A DNA stretch of 32,000 nucleotides from Escherichia coli (GTDB lineage Bacteria > Pseudomonadota > Gammaproteobacteria > Enterobacterales > Enterobacteriaceae). Position numbers and translations under genes: made by a program. Shown piece after piece: positions 16,377 to 27,504 of the stretch. Every line of letters starts with the position of its first letter. Positions within the stretch are counted from its first letter, which is position 1. The notes under the pieces were generated by a model. It did no database searches, was not told the DNA's origin, and saw only the letters and a list, made by a program, of their open reading frames with translations. Where the stretch lies: the NCBI RefSeq assembly GCF_031660515.1, contig NZ_CP134362.1; one strand, given 5' to 3'.

Positions 16377-16405
16377 ACTGGCAGCCTTATTTTTAGGCTG
16401 CCAGT
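16377..16405. terminator. Strong hairpin between gene B and convergent int (likely bidirectional)
   Basis: ACTGGCAGCCT (16377-16387), 7-nt loop, AGGCTGCCAGT (16395-16405). Confidence 0.75.
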
Positions 16406-16412
16406 CTGTATT

Positions 16413-17600
16413 TTATAATGGAGTTTTGGATAAAGGGGGAAGTATTCTGTCAGCATACCACTGCAACATATATCTTCTTTTTTCTATATACTGAGCATGA
16501 TTATAGGTACCTCGAATATTATTTTTGTCAACATGAGCTAATTGCATTTCAATCCAGGCACTATCAAATCCTTGCTCATGAAGTATGGTCGACATAGAAT
16601 GCCGAAATCCATGACCAGTAGCCCGTCCTTTATAACCAAGCAGCTCAATTACTTGTGAAACGCTTTCTTTCGAGATCGGTTTACTGCGGTTATTTCTGCC
16701 AATAAAAATGTAAGGGTAATGTCCCGTGATAGGTTTCAGTTGCTTGAATAATTCTGTTACCTGCGTTGATAATGGCACAAGATGGGTTCTGCGCATTTTC
16801 ATTCTTTCTGCTGGGATTTCCCATATACCTTTTTCAAGATCAACCTCATCCCATGTAGCAAAGCGCATCTCTTGGGTTCGTACACCGGTAAGCATAACTA
16901 TCTTTGTTGCATTTTTTGTGATGATGCTGCCGGTATACGCTTCCAGATCTCGAATAAAATAAGGCAACTCTTCGGCAGATAAAAATGGGTGGTGTTTTTG
17001 CTTAGGAACGGCCAGAGCGATAGCTAAATCAGGTGCTGGATTGTATTCAGCTCGGCCAGTTATGATTGCATAACGAAAGACCTCACCGCATCTTTGGCGC
17101 ACTTTTCTGGTCTTCTCTAGTGCTCCTCGTTTCTCTATTCGTCGCAATACTTCAAGCAGTTCTAATGGTTTGATTTCACTGATAGGACGTTTACCAATGA
17201 ACGGGAAGACATCCTGCTCGAATGTCTTAATAATTTCTTCTCGATAGGCCACAGTCCAGCGGTCAGCTTTGTTGGTATGCCATTCTCGACATATTGCTTC
17301 GAAAGAATTTTCTGTTGATAGCTTTTGGGCGAGTCTTAAAGCTTTGCGTTCCTCTACCGGGTCAATGCCATTAGCAACCTGCTTACGGGCGATATCACGC
17401 TTTTCACGTGCTTCTGCGAGGCTTACTAAATCGTAGCTGCCAAATGACATTAACCGCGCTTTCCCTGCAAACCGGAAACGGAAACGCCAGCCTTTCGAGC
17501 CATCGGGATTGATAAGCAATGACAGACCTTGTCCATCGTTCAATGTGTATGGCTTGTCTTGTGGTTTTGCACGTTTGATCTGTATATCGGTTAGAGCCAT
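16413..17600 (-). CDS. int: P4-family tyrosine integrase, selC-type (395 aa)
   Basis: MALTDIQIKRAKPQDKPYTLNDGQGLSLLINPDGSKGWRFRF...; catalytic motifs TGVRTQE, HGFRH, W..MQLAHVDKNNIRGTYNH.Y; start is about 160 bp from selC. Confidence 0.96.
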   Translation of the reverse strand: MALTDIQIKRAKPQDKPYTLNDGQGLSLLINPDGSKGWRFRFRFAGKARLMSFGSYDLVSLAEAREKRDIARKQVANGIDPVEERKALRLAQKLSTENSFEAICREWHTNKADRWTVAYREEIIKTFEQDVFPFIGKRPISEIKPLELLEVLRRIEKRGALEKTRKVRQRCGEVFRYAIITGRAEYNPAPDLAIALAVPKQKHHPFLSAEELPYFIRDLEAYTGSIITKNATKIVMLTGVRTQEMRFATWDEVDLEKGIWEIPAERMKMRRTHLVPLSTQVTELFKQLKPITGHYPYIFIGRNNRSKPISKESVSQVIELLGYKGRATGHGFRHSMSTILHEQGFDSAWIEMQLAHVDKNNIRGTYNHAQYIEKRRYMLQWYADRILPPLSKTPL

Positions 17601-17760
17601 GTGTATAACTGAAAACTACTTATAAAAAATCTATACACATTACTATACATATTTTTCGCGGATTCAGGGAGACGATCTCGGACTGTTACGGATAAGATGA
17701 CTATTCATCATATTGAATATAAAGGGTTTTATGGAACGTCTCGGAACTGGCTGGATGAAG

Positions 17761-17783
17761 TTTGGCGGAAGATCACAGGAGTC
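17761..17783. repeat. Proximal att repeat, overlaps selC 3' end
   Basis: TTTGGCGGAAGATCACAGGAGTC, identical to 7127-7149. Confidence 0.92.
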
Positions 17784-17857
17784 GAACCTGCCCGGGACCG
17801 CTGGCGGCCCCAACTGGATTTGAAGTCCAGCCGCCTCACCGGAGACGACGATCTTCC
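17763..17857 (-). tRNA. selC: Selenocysteine tRNA (anticodon UCA), 95 nt
   Basis: Reverse complement GGAAGATCGTCGTCTCCGGTGAGGCGGCTGGACTTCAAATCCAGTTGGGGCCGCCAGCGGTCCCGGGCAGGTTCGACTCCTGTGATCTTCCGCCA. Confidence 0.98.
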
Positions 17858-18149
17858 GCGCCTCGATTGCTACATGGAGGCGGGGCGCATTATAGCTACT
17901 TCCTTGAGTTTCTACATCCCCCAGATCAGTTTTTTCCGCCTAATACACGCAGCGTATTATCACGAAAGCATTATAGTTCATATAAAACTCATATTTTACA
18001 ATGATATATGAGCGAAATTAACGCTACCACGATCACATAAAACAAGAATCATAAATTAATAACCAGATATCGGAATATTCGCTCTCGCAGGGATGGTTTA
18101 CAAAATGCGTTATCGGTCTCAGCACCCCTATAGCATCAAGGAAAAGCAG

Positions 18150-19532
18150 ATGAAGAGTGAAGTGTTGTCCGTTAAAGAGAAAATTGGCTATGGCATGGGA
18201 GACGCCGCCAGCCACATTATTTTCGATAACGTAATGTTATATATGATGTTCTTTTATACCGATATTTTTGGCATTCCTGCCGGATTTGTCGGAACCATGT
18301 TTTTGGTCGCGCGTGCACTGGATGCGATTTCCGATCCTTGCATGGGGTTGTTGGCCGATCGAACGCGCTCTCGCTGGGGTAAATTTCGGCCGTGGGTACT
18401 GTTTGGCGCACTGCCATTCGGGATCGTCTGTGTATTGGCCTATAGCACGCCAGATCTCAGTATGAACGGAAAAATGATTTATGCAGCAATTACTTACACC
18501 CTACTTACCTTACTTTATACCATCGTCAATATCCCTTACTGCGCATTGGGTGGTGTAATCACCAATGACCCGACTCAGCGTATCTCGCTGCAATCCTGGC
18601 GTTTTGTGCTGGCGACCGCGGGAGGCATGCTCTCTACTGTTCTGATGATGCCACTGGTTAATTTAATTGGTGGTGATAATAAACCACTCGGTTTCCAGGG
18701 CGGTATCGCGGTCCTTTCCGTGGTGGCATTTATGATGCTGGCATTCTGTTTCTTCACCACTAAAGAACGCGTTGAAGCACCACCTACAACGACGTCTATG
18801 CGGGATGATTTACGTGATATCTGGCAAAACGACCAGTGGCGTATTGTCGGTTTCCTGACAATTTTCAATATCCTGGCGGTGTGCGTACGCGGTGGGGCGA
18901 TGATGTATTACGTCACATGGATTTTGGGTACGCCGGAAGTGTTTGTCGCTTTTCTCACCACTTATTGCGTGGGTAACCTGATTGGCTCCGCACTGGCAAA
19001 ACCGCTGACCGACTGGAAATGTAAAGTCACTATCTTCTGGTGGACGAACGCCCTGCTGGCAGTGATTAGCCTCGCGATGTTCTTTGTTCCTATGCAGGCC
19101 AGCATCACCATGTTTGTCTTCATCTTCGTGATTGGTGTGTTGCATCAACTGGTGACACCTATCCAGTGGGTAATGATGTCCGATACCGTCGACTACGGCG
19201 AGTGGTGTAATGGTAAACGCCTGACCGGGATCAGTTTTGCTGGCACGCTGTTTGTGCTCAAACTGGGGTTGGCCTTCGGTGGTGCCCTTATCGGCTGGAT
19301 GCTGGCTTATGGCGGATATGATGCGGCAGAAAAAGCGCAGAACAGCGTCACAATTAGCATCATTATCGCGCTATTCACGATTGTTCCGGCGATCTGTTAC
19401 TTGCTGAGCGCGATTATCGCTAAACGCTACTACTCGCTCACGACGCACAATCTGAAAACCGTTATGGAACAGCTGGCGCAGGGCAAACGCCGTTGCCAGC
19501 AACAATTCACCTCTCAAGAAGTGCAGAACTAA
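18150..19532 (+). CDS. yicJ: YicJ, GPH-family glycoside:cation symporter (460 aa)
   Basis: MKSEVLSVKEKIGYGMGDAASHIIFDNVMLYMMFFYTDIFG...; GPH transporter signatures. Confidence 0.95.
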   Translation: MKSEVLSVKEKIGYGMGDAASHIIFDNVMLYMMFFYTDIFGIPAGFVGTMFLVARALDAISDPCMGLLADRTRSRWGKFRPWVLFGALPFGIVCVLAYSTPDLSMNGKMIYAAITYTLLTLLYTIVNIPYCALGGVITNDPTQRISLQSWRFVLATAGGMLSTVLMMPLVNLIGGDNKPLGFQGGIAVLSVVAFMMLAFCFFTTKERVEAPPTTTSMRDDLRDIWQNDQWRIVGFLTIFNILAVCVRGGAMMYYVTWILGTPEVFVAFLTTYCVGNLIGSALAKPLTDWKCKVTIFWWTNALLAVISLAMFFVPMQASITMFVFIFVIGVLHQLVTPIQWVMMSDTVDYGEWCNGKRLTGISFAGTLFVLKLGLAFGGALIGWMLAYGGYDAAEKAQNSVTISIIIALFTIVPAICYLLSAIIAKRYYSLTTHNLKTVMEQLAQGKRRCQQQFTSQEVQN

Positions 19533-19541
19533 GGAACGGCA

Positions 19542-21860
19542 ATGAAAATTAGCGACGGAAACTGGTTGATTCAACCTGGCCTCAATTTGATTCACCCGCT
19601 TCAGATGTTCGAGGTTGAACAGCAGGGTAATGAAATGGTGGTCTATGCTGCCCCTCGTGATGTGCGTGAACGTACCTGGCAGCTTGATACGCCTTTATTT
19701 ACGCTGCGCTTTTTCTCCCCACAGGAAGGTATTGTCGGTGTACGGATTGAGCATTTTCAGGGGGCGCTGAATAACGGTCCTCATTACCCGCTCAATATTT
19801 TGCAGGACGTGAAGGTCACTATCGAAAACACAGAACGTTACGCTGAGTTTAAAAGTGGCAACTTAAGTGCGCGTGTCAGCAAAGGTGAGTTCTGGTCACT
19901 GGATTTTCTGCGCAACGGCGAACGTATTACCGGTAGTCAGGTGAAAAATAACGGCTACGTGCAGGACACGAATAATCAACGAAATTATATGTTTGAGCGG
20001 CTGGATCTTGGCGTTGGCGAAACAGTTTACGGCCTGGGAGAGCGCTTTACTGCCCTGGTGCGCAATGGTCAGACGGTAGAAACCTGGAACCGGGACGGCG
20101 GCACAAGTACTGAACAGGCGTATAAAAATATCCCGTTTTATATGACTAACCGTGGTTATGGGGTACTGGTCAATCATCCTCAATGCGTCTCTTTTGAAGT
20201 GGGATCGGAGAAAGTCTCCAAAGTACAGTTCAGCGTTGAGAGTGAATATCTCGAATACTTTGTTATCGACGGCCCGACGCCGAAAGCGGTACTTGATCGT
20301 TATACCCGTTTTACTGGCCGTCCGGCGCTGCCGCCCGCGTGGTCCTTCGGTCTGTGGCTAACCACTTCATTTACCACCAACTACGACGAAGCGACGGTAA
20401 ACAGCTTTATCGATGGTATGGCGGAACGCAATCTGCCGCTGCATGTTTTCCACTTTGACTGTTTCTGGATGAAAGCCTTCCAGTGGTGCGATTTTGAGTG
20501 GGACCCGCTGACTTTTCCGGACCCGGAAGGGATGATCCGCCGTCTGAAAGCGAAAGGGCTGAAAATCTGCGTCTGGATTAACCCCTATATTGGGCAAAAA
20601 TCCCCCGTCTTTAAAGAGTTACAAGAGAAAGGTTATTTACTCAAACGCCCGGACGGTTCGCTGTGGCAGTGGGATAAATGGCAGCCAGGTCTGGCGATTT
20701 ATGACTTTACCAATCCGGATGCCTGCAAATGGTACGCCGACAAACTGAAAGGTCTGGTCGCGATGGGCGTTGATTGCTTTAAGACCGACTTTGGCGAACG
20801 TATTCCAACCGATGTTCAGTGGTTTGATGGTTCCGATCCGCAGAAAATGCATAACCATTATGCGTACATCTACAACGAACTGGTGTGGAACGTGCTCAAG
20901 GACACCGTTGGTGAGGAAGAAGCCGTCTTGTTTGCCCGCTCGGCCTCCGTTGGTGCGCAGAAATTTCCGGTACACTGGGGTGGCGACTGTTACGCTAACT
21001 ACGAATCAATGGCGGAAAGCCTGCGCGGTGGTTTGTCTATTGGCCTTTCAGGTTTTGGCTTCTGGAGCCACGATATCGGCGGCTTTGAAAATACCGCTCC
21101 GGCGCACGTTTACAAACGCTGGTGCGCGTTTGGTTTGCTTTCCAGCCATAGCCGTTTACATGGCAGCAAATCTTATCGTGTGCCGTGGGCCTACGATGAT
21201 GAGTCCTGTGATGTGGTGCGCTTCTTCACGCAACTGAAATGCCGCATGATGCCGTATCTGTATCGTGAAGCTGCACGTGCAAATGCGCGGGGTACGCCGA
21301 TGATGCGGGCCATGATGATGGAGTTCCCGGACGATCCGGCTTGTGATTACCTTGACCGTCAATACATGTTAGGCGACAACGTGATGGTTGCGCCTGTGTT
21401 CACTGAAGCGGGCGATGTGCAGTTCTACTTGCCGGAAGGTCGCTGGACACATCTGTGGCACAACGATGAACTCGATGGTAGTCGCTGGCATAAACAGCAG
21501 CACGGCTTCCTGAGTCTGCCTGTTTATGTGCGTGATAACACCCTACTGGCGCTGGGCAACAACGATCAACGTCCCGATTACGCGTGGCACGAAGGTACGG
21601 CATTCCACCTCTTTAATCTGCAAGACGGGCATGAAGCCGTCTGTGAAGTGCCCGATGCTGACGGTTCGGTGATCTTTACTTTAAAAGCAGCACGTACTGG
21701 CAACACGATTACTGTGACTGGTACGGGCGAGGCGAAGAACTGGACACTGTGCTTGCGCAATATTGTGAAAGTAAATGGTCTGCAAGGCGGTTCGCAGGCT
21801 GAAAGTGAGCAGGGACTGGTGGTGACTCCTCAAGGGAATGCGCTGACAATTACGTTGTAA
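19542..21860 (+). CDS. yicI: YicI alpha-xylosidase, GH31 (772 aa)
   Basis: GH31 motifs KTDFGE and [16 protein letters not shown]; recognised sequence, 9 bp after yicJ. Confidence 0.97.
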   Translation: MKISDGNWLIQPGLNLIHPLQMFEVEQQGNEMVVYAAPRDVRERTWQLDTPLFTLRFFSPQEGIVGVRIEHFQGALNNGPHYPLNILQDVKVTIENTERYAEFKSGNLSARVSKGEFWSLDFLRNGERITGSQVKNNGYVQDTNNQRNYMFERLDLGVGETVYGLGERFTALVRNGQTVETWNRDGGTSTEQAYKNIPFYMTNRGYGVLVNHPQCVSFEVGSEKVSKVQFSVESEYLEYFVIDGPTPKAVLDRYTRFTGRPALPPAWSFGLWLTTSFTTNYDEATVNSFIDGMAERNLPLHVFHFDCFWMKAFQWCDFEWDPLTFPDPEGMIRRLKAKGLKICVWINPYIGQKSPVFKELQEKGYLLKRPDGSLWQWDKWQPGLAIYDFTNPDACKWYADKLKGLVAMGVDCFKTDFGERIPTDVQWFDGSDPQKMHNHYAYIYNELVWNVLKDTVGEEEAVLFARSASVGAQKFPVHWGGDCYANYESMAESLRGGLSIGLSGFGFWSHDIGGFENTAPAHVYKRWCAFGLLSSHSRLHGSKSYRVPWAYDDESCDVVRFFTQLKCRMMPYLYREAARANARGTPMMRAMMMEFPDDPACDYLDRQYMLGDNVMVAPVFTEAGDVQFYLPEGRWTHLWHNDELDGSRWHKQQHGFLSLPVYVRDNTLLALGNNDQRPDYAWHEGTAFHLFNLQDGHEAVCEVPDADGSVIFTLKAARTGNTITVTGTGEAKNWTLCLRNIVKVNGLQGGSQAESEQGLVVTPQGNALTITL

Positions 21861-22154
21861 TCTATTGAAGAATGCCGGATACGAATGGTTTTGTGTCGTA
21901 TCCGGTAAATAATCTCACATCTGGTAATAAATATTTCTTCCATCGTATTTGCGAGCATGATCACGATTATTCATCACGAAAATGTGATCTGTGCTGAAAA
22001 ATATCCCTTAACCGCCTTGCTTTGTTTTATCACTGTCCGGATTACGGACAGATTTTAGTATTGTTGTGAAATTATTCTGCTTTATATTTACCCTCAGAGA
22101 TGGCAACTGAAGCTCTTCCATATGGGGCTTCTTAATCTGTGATAAGGGTAAAAA

Positions 22155-23708
22155 ATGCAAATGATTACCTCGCGACAAAACAGATTATTACGATTCCTTT
22201 TACCTCGAAGGGAATATACGACTATTGTTACGATTGCCGGCTATTTAAATGTTTCGGAAAAAACTATTCAACGTGATTTACGTTTACTTGAGCAATGGCT
22301 GGGACAATGGAGAATAAATGTTGAGAAGCGTGCTGGCGCGGGTGTGATGTTAAGCGCGGAGAATATTGCTGATTTGCTGCATCTTGATCATTTGTTGGTG
22401 GCAGAATGTGAAGAGATTGATGGTGTAATGAATAATGCCAGGCGCGTTAAAATAGCGTCGCAGTTATTAAGTGAAACACCGAATGAAACGTCGATCAGTA
22501 AATTGTCAGAACGCTACTTTATCAGCGGAGCCTCTATTGTTAATGACCTGAGAGTAATTGAGTCCTGGCTTGCGCCGTTGGGGTTATCGTTGATCCGCAG
22601 TCCAAGTGGTACGCATATTGAAGGTAGTGAAGGGCAAGTCCGACAGGCAATGGCATTACTGATTAACGGCATTATTAACCATAATGAGCCGCAAGGTGTC
22701 GTGTATTCACGTCTGGATCCCGGAAGCTATAAAGCATTAGTCCATTATTTTGGAGAAGAAGAGGTGTTATTTGTCCAGTCATTGTTACTGGATATGGAAA
22801 ATGAATTAAGTTGGTCTTTGGGAGAACCTTATTACGTTAACATTTTTACTCACATCCTTATTATGATGTATCGCAACACGCACGGGAATGCGTTATCAAG
22901 AGAAGAAGATCAAACCAGACAATATGATGAAAATATCTTTAATGTTGCCAGTCAGATGATTCATAAGATAGAACAACGAATTGCACATACATTGCCCGAT
23001 GATGAAGTCTGGTTTATTTATCAATATATCATTTCATCAGGTGTGGCGATTGATGGACAAAAAGATGTTAGCATTATTTCACATATGCAGGCCAGCAATG
23101 AAGCGCGTCTGATTACCTGGCGTTTAATTACGGTATTCAGTGACATCGTGGACTGCGATTTTAGTGAAGACAGCGCATTATATGATGGCTTATTGGTGCA
23201 TATTAAGCCGCTGATTAACCGTCTAAATTATCGCATTCATATCCGTAATCCATTGCTGGAAGATATTAAAGCAGAATTAGCGGATGTCTGGCGGTTGACG
23301 CAATATGTGGTGAATCAGGTATTTAAAACCTGGGGTGAGAATGCAGTGAGCGAGGATGAAGTGGGTTACCTGACCGTTCATTTTCAGGCTGCGATGGAGC
23401 GGCAAATTGCCCGTAAACGTGTATTACTGGTCTGTTCAACCGGAATCGGAACTTCGCATCTACTGAAAAGCCGTATTCTGCGAGCATTTCCTGAATGGAC
23501 GATTGTTGATGTTATTTCAGCAGCGAATTTATCACAGGTTTTGCCTGACAATATCGAACTGATTATTTCGACCATTAATTTGCCTACAGTCACTATGCCG
23601 GTCGCTTATGTTACCGCTTTTTTTAATGATGCCGATATTAAGCGGGTCACTGAAATGGTGATTACGGAAAAATTACATCATGCGACGTCTCGGGTCGTTG
23701 AAATTTAA
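22155..23708 (+). CDS. frzR: FrzR-like transcriptional activator (HTH, PRD, PTS EIIB-like domains; 517 aa)
   Basis: N-terminal YLNVSEKTIQRDLRLLEQWL HTH, PRD-like regions, and CSTGIGTSHLLKSRI EIIB-like P-loop. Confidence 0.82.
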   Translation: MQMITSRQNRLLRFLLPRREYTTIVTIAGYLNVSEKTIQRDLRLLEQWLGQWRINVEKRAGAGVMLSAENIADLLHLDHLLVAECEEIDGVMNNARRVKIASQLLSETPNETSISKLSERYFISGASIVNDLRVIESWLAPLGLSLIRSPSGTHIEGSEGQVRQAMALLINGIINHNEPQGVVYSRLDPGSYKALVHYFGEEEVLFVQSLLLDMENELSWSLGEPYYVNIFTHILIMMYRNTHGNALSREEDQTRQYDENIFNVASQMIHKIEQRIAHTLPDDEVWFIYQYIISSGVAIDGQKDVSIISHMQASNEARLITWRLITVFSDIVDCDFSEDSALYDGLLVHIKPLINRLNYRIHIRNPLLEDIKAELADVWRLTQYVVNQVFKTWGENAVSEDEVGYLTVHFQAAMERQIARKRVLLVCSTGIGTSHLLKSRILRAFPEWTIVDVISAANLSQVLPDNIELIISTINLPTVTMPVAYVTAFFNDADIKRVTEMVITEKLHHATSRVVEI

Positions 23709-23734
23709 TGTCAGAATTTTATGAGGTATGACGA

Positions 23735-24205
23735 ATGGACATAACAAAAATCCTGAATACGAATCGCGTTATTTTAGATATGCAAGCAACGAATAAAGCG
23801 GAGGCGATTGAAGAATTAACTAATCTTCTCAAAAAAGATGGTGCGATCGATTGTCGGGAAACCTTTATTAAAGATGTCTGGCAGCGCGAAGCGGAAGGCT
23901 CGACTGGTTTTGAAAATCATATTGCGATCCCGCATGGTAAATCTTCTGCGGTAATTAATACTACGCTGGCAATTGGCCGTACCCGCCAGGATATTCCCTG
24001 GGAAACGCTGGATGGCAGTAGCGTGCGCTGTATTATTTTATTTGCGGTACGTCTTGAAGATCAAAATACCACCCATATCCGTTTACTTTCCCAGGTCGCG
24101 GGCGCGCTGGCGGATGATGACATCATAGAACAATTGTTAGTTGAGACGAGTCCGCAAAAAATCATTGATCTCTTTAGTCAGTATGCACAATCCGATGTCT
24201 GCTAA
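23735..24205 (+). CDS. PTS fructose-family EIIA (156 aa)
   Basis: ...STGFENHIAIPHGKSSAVINTTLAIGR, EIIA-Fru phospho-His motif. Confidence 0.9.
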   Translation: MDITKILNTNRVILDMQATNKAEAIEELTNLLKKDGAIDCRETFIKDVWQREAEGSTGFENHIAIPHGKSSAVINTTLAIGRTRQDIPWETLDGSSVRCIILFAVRLEDQNTTHIRLLSQVAGALADDDIIEQLLVETSPQKIIDLFSQYAQSDVC

Positions 24206-24222
24206 ATAACAGGAAGTATGTC

Positions 24223-24537
24223 ATGAATATTGTCTGTGTTGCCGCCTGTACGGCGGGTATTGCTCATACCTATATTGCTCGTGAAAAGTTAATCAAAGGA
24301 GCAAAAGCTCTGGGCCATACCATTAAAGTTGAAACCCAGGGAACCATTGGTACAGAAAATGAATTACAGGCGGCAGATATCTCTGCTGCTGACGTCGTGA
24401 TTCTTGCTGTAGATGTGAAAATAAAAGGAGAAGAACGCTTCACCAATAAACGTATTGTGCGAGTAAAGACAGAGATCGTCATTAAATCGCCCGTTCAATT
24501 TCTTGAAAAGGTCGAAAAATCACTGGGAAACAAATGA
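24223..24537 (+). CDS. PTS fructose-family EIIB (104 aa)
   Basis: MNIVCVAACTAGIAHTYIAREKLIKGAKALGHTIKVETQGTIG, EIIB-Fru P-loop. Confidence 0.92.
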   Translation: MNIVCVAACTAGIAHTYIAREKLIKGAKALGHTIKVETQGTIGTENELQAADISAADVVILAVDVKIKGEERFTNKRIVRVKTEIVIKSPVQFLEKVEKSLGNK

Positions 24538-24561
24538 TCCTTATACTGGAGGGATCTTAAT

Positions 24562-25653
24562 ATGAAAGAAAATAAAATTCCGGTTTCACAGGAAATTAAA
24601 AAACATTTATTAACCGGCATCTCGTGGATGATACCCCTTATTGTGGCCGCCGGGATATGTATTGCGTTGGGGCAAGTTCTTGGCGGTACAGATGTTGGTG
24701 AAAAAACAGGAACAATCCCGTGGATGCTTAATCAGATTGGCGGCTGGGGAATGGGGCTGATTGTGCCGCTGATTAGCGCGGCAATTGCCTATTCTATTGC
24801 CGATCGTCCCGGATTTGCCCCAGGCCTGATTGTCGGCTTTCTCTGCGGGCAAATCCATACCGGATTTATTGGCGGTATGTTGGGTGGTTTCCTGGTGGGC
24901 TACACCATTTTGCTACTTAAACGCTATATCCGCCTGCCGCAGTCGATGCAAGGACTCATGCCAATCATGGTGTTGCCGGTATTAAGCACCATTATCGGTG
25001 GGCTGTTAATGATGACGCTGATTGGTAAACCCATCGCCTGGTTACAAGAAGCACTGATTCATTTGCTCGAGTCGATGCAGGGCGGATCGCGCTTCCTGAT
25101 GGGGGCCATACTTGGCGCGATGGCAACCTTCGATTTCGGTGGTCCGGTCAACAAAACCATGTCGCTGTTTTCCGATGGCTTGCTGGTCAGTGGCGTCTAC
25201 GGACCAGAAGCCGTGAAATTTGTCGGCTCAATCATCCCTCCGTTTGGCATCACACTTTCGTTCTTACTGACACGCCATAAATACACCCGTGCGGAGCGCG
25301 AGGCGCTGAAAGCCGCGTTTCCGATGGGGATCTGCATGATCACTGAAGGAGTCATTCCGATCGCCGCGCGTGACCTGCTGCGAGTAGTGGGATCTTGTGT
25401 GGTGGCATCGGCGGTCGCGGGCGGCTTAATCATGGTGTGGGGCGTGGAGAGTCCGGTTCCGCATGGCGGCATGTTTGTTGTGCCTCTGTTCACCCATCCT
25501 CTGCTGTTTTGCCTGGCGCTGGGTATAGGCACGGTGATTTGTGGCGTGATGCTTTCACTCTGGAAGAAACCGGTAACGGAACGCGACGAAGAGTTTGACG
25601 AACTGAGCGATCAAAAGCTGAAAGATGAAGAGATCACTTTCACCCTCGAATAA
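24562..25653 (+). CDS. PTS fructose-family EIIC (363 aa)
   Basis: HLLTGISWMIPLIVAAGICIALGQ...KTMSLFSDGLLVSGVYGPEAVKF, polytopic EIIC. Confidence 0.92.
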   Translation: MKENKIPVSQEIKKHLLTGISWMIPLIVAAGICIALGQVLGGTDVGEKTGTIPWMLNQIGGWGMGLIVPLISAAIAYSIADRPGFAPGLIVGFLCGQIHTGFIGGMLGGFLVGYTILLLKRYIRLPQSMQGLMPIMVLPVLSTIIGGLLMMTLIGKPIAWLQEALIHLLESMQGGSRFLMGAILGAMATFDFGGPVNKTMSLFSDGLLVSGVYGPEAVKFVGSIIPPFGITLSFLLTRHKYTRAEREALKAAFPMGICMITEGVIPIAARDLLRVVGSCVVASAVAGGLIMVWGVESPVPHGGMFVVPLFTHPLLFCLALGIGTVICGVMLSLWKKPVTERDEEFDELSDQKLKDEEITFTLE

Positions 25654-25664
25654 CCGGAGGCCCT

Positions 25665-26516
25665 ATGTTTGCCGATATGAAAAGTATGGTGATGAAAGCC
25701 TGGCATGAACATTACGCCTTGCTGGCGATCAACTGTATGAATCTGGAAAGTGCTCACGCAGCTATCCGCGTGGCGGAGAAGAATCGCGCTCCGATCATTC
25801 TCAATCTCTATCAGGGGCATCTGGCGCATTTTCCTGCACCCGTCGCGGCGGCAGTGGTTAAAACGCTCGCGGAATCTGCCTCAGTACCGGTCACTCTGGC
25901 GCTTGATCATGGCAAAAATCCGGACTGTATTCGTCAGGCGTTTCGTGCTGGTTTCAGCGGATTAATGATTGATGCTTCTGCTTTTCCCCTGGAGGAAAAC
26001 GTGCGCCAGACCAGGGCGGTGGTGGAACTCGCCGCCAGCGCGCAGCTCTGCGTGGAAGGCGAACTGGGCCATCTGGCAGATGCGCCGCGTTACGACCAGG
26101 CCGCCAATGCAGACCTGATGACGCAACCCACTGATGTGGAACCGTTTATCGCGCAGACAGGCATTGATCTACTGGCCGTCTCGGTAGGCACGGCGCACGG
26201 CATGTACGCGCCTGGTGTTGTACCTGCTATTGATTTTCAGCGTCTGGCGGAGATTTTCCACTGCTCGAGCGTGCCTCTGGCATTACATGGCGGTAGCGGT
26301 ACGCCGTTCGATCAGCTCCAGCTCTGTACGACGCTGGGGGTAGCAAAAATCAACGTGGGGGCGGCCATTTTTGAACGGGGGAAATCCGCGCTCCTGCATA
26401 CCCTCTGTCACGATATATCCATTGAACTGGTGGACGCGCTGAAAGCTATGGAACTGGCCTTCGAAGAAGCGATTACACCGTATTTACAGGCGAGCGGCGC
26501 TATCGGCAAAGCCTGA
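25665..26516 (+). CDS. Class II ketose-bisphosphate aldolase (GatY/KbaY/Fba-like), copy 1
   Basis: VTLALDHGK motif, EGELGHLAD, SVGTAHGMY, LALHGGSGTP. Confidence 0.92.
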   Translation: MFADMKSMVMKAWHEHYALLAINCMNLESAHAAIRVAEKNRAPIILNLYQGHLAHFPAPVAAAVVKTLAESASVPVTLALDHGKNPDCIRQAFRAGFSGLMIDASAFPLEENVRQTRAVVELAASAQLCVEGELGHLADAPRYDQAANADLMTQPTDVEPFIAQTGIDLLAVSVGTAHGMYAPGVVPAIDFQRLAEIFHCSSVPLALHGGSGTPFDQLQLCTTLGVAKINVGAAIFERGKSALLHTLCHDISIELVDALKAMELAFEEAITPYLQASGAIGKA

Positions 26517-26596
26517 TTCATTTTCTGTCATGGCCTTTATGCCAGTGCAATAACGCACCGGCAGGGCGGACTACACGCTGAAACTGGAGATTTAAC

Positions 26597-27457
26597 ATGT
26601 TAGTTTCGATGAAAGAATTACTGCAACCTACCCGCCAGCACGGCTTTGCCATTGGCGCATTTAATGTGGCGGATAACTGTTTCCTTCGCGCAGTCGTGGA
26701 TGAAGCAGAAGCGACAAATACTCCGGCGATTATTGCCATCCATCCCAGCGAACATGATTTTGTGGGCGATGCCTTTTTCGCTCACGTTCGCGAAATTACC
26801 CAGCGTAGTCCGGTCCCGTTTGTACTGCACCTCGATCATGGTGCCTCTGTAGAGCATGTTTTGCGTGCGATTCGCTGCGGATTTACCTCAGTAATGATCG
26901 ACGGTTCGCTGCTGCCGTATGAAGAAAACGTGGCGCTGACCGCAGAAGTGGTTCGCCTCGCTCACGCGGTTGGCGTGTCGGTTGAGGGTGAACTGGGAAC
27001 CATCGGACAAACAGGAACGTCGGTAGAAGGTGGTGTTTCACAAGTGACCTACACAGATCCGGCGCAGGCCGCCGATTTTATTGCTCGTACAGGTGCCGAC
27101 ACACTGGCTGTGGCGATTGGTACAGCGCATGGCATCTATCCAAAAGGGATGCAGCCGAAGCTGCAAATGAACATTTTGCGCGACATTGCCGGACGTATTG
27201 ATATTCCGCTGGTGCTACACGGTGGTTCGGCAAACCCGGACGCGGAGATTGCTGAATCAGTTACGCTCGGCGTCGGCAAAATCAATATCTCCAGCGATAT
27301 GAAATACGCCTATTTCCAGAAAGTGCGTGAAATTCTCGCTAAAGAGAGCTGGTGGGACCCGAACGTCATCTATCCGGATGCGATTAACGCGGCGCGGGAA
27401 GTCATTCGCCACAAAATGAAACTGTTCGGTTCGTTCGGTAAAGCATCACTGTACTAA
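26597..27457 (+). CDS. Class II ketose-bisphosphate aldolase, copy 2
   Basis: FVLHLDHGAS, VEGELGTIGQ, AVAIGTAHGIYP, LVLHGGSANPD. Confidence 0.93.
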   Translation: MLVSMKELLQPTRQHGFAIGAFNVADNCFLRAVVDEAEATNTPAIIAIHPSEHDFVGDAFFAHVREITQRSPVPFVLHLDHGASVEHVLRAIRCGFTSVMIDGSLLPYEENVALTAEVVRLAHAVGVSVEGELGTIGQTGTSVEGGVSQVTYTDPAQAADFIARTGADTLAVAIGTAHGIYPKGMQPKLQMNILRDIAGRIDIPLVLHGGSANPDAEIAESVTLGVGKINISSDMKYAYFQKVREILAKESWWDPNVIYPDAINAAREVIRHKMKLFGSFGKASLY

Positions 27458-27504
27458 GCCAGAAGGGCGGGGTGACCCGCCTTTTACGCAACAAGGAACG
27501 AGAT

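Larger units (their letters stand above)
7127..17783. mobile_element. P4-like phage satellite integrated at selC
   Basis: 23-bp direct repeat at both ends, one copy being the selC 3' end; contains int, cos, psu, delta, sid, vis, epsilon, cnr, alpha, crr and ori in the P4 order. Confidence 0.95.

Noticed and set aside
16726-16982. Small + strand ORFs inside int
   Set aside because: Antisense shadows of the integrase; no independent evidence.
17697-18011. ORFs 17697..18011 and 17762..18004 across selC
   Set aside because: They translate the tRNA gene in antisense and the intergenic region; not plausible CDSs.
21960-22000. Possible CRP site AAATGTGATCTGTGCTGAAA upstream of the frz-like operon
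   Set aside because: Only one good half-site (TGTGA); not strong enough to annotate without footprinting or a scoring matrix.
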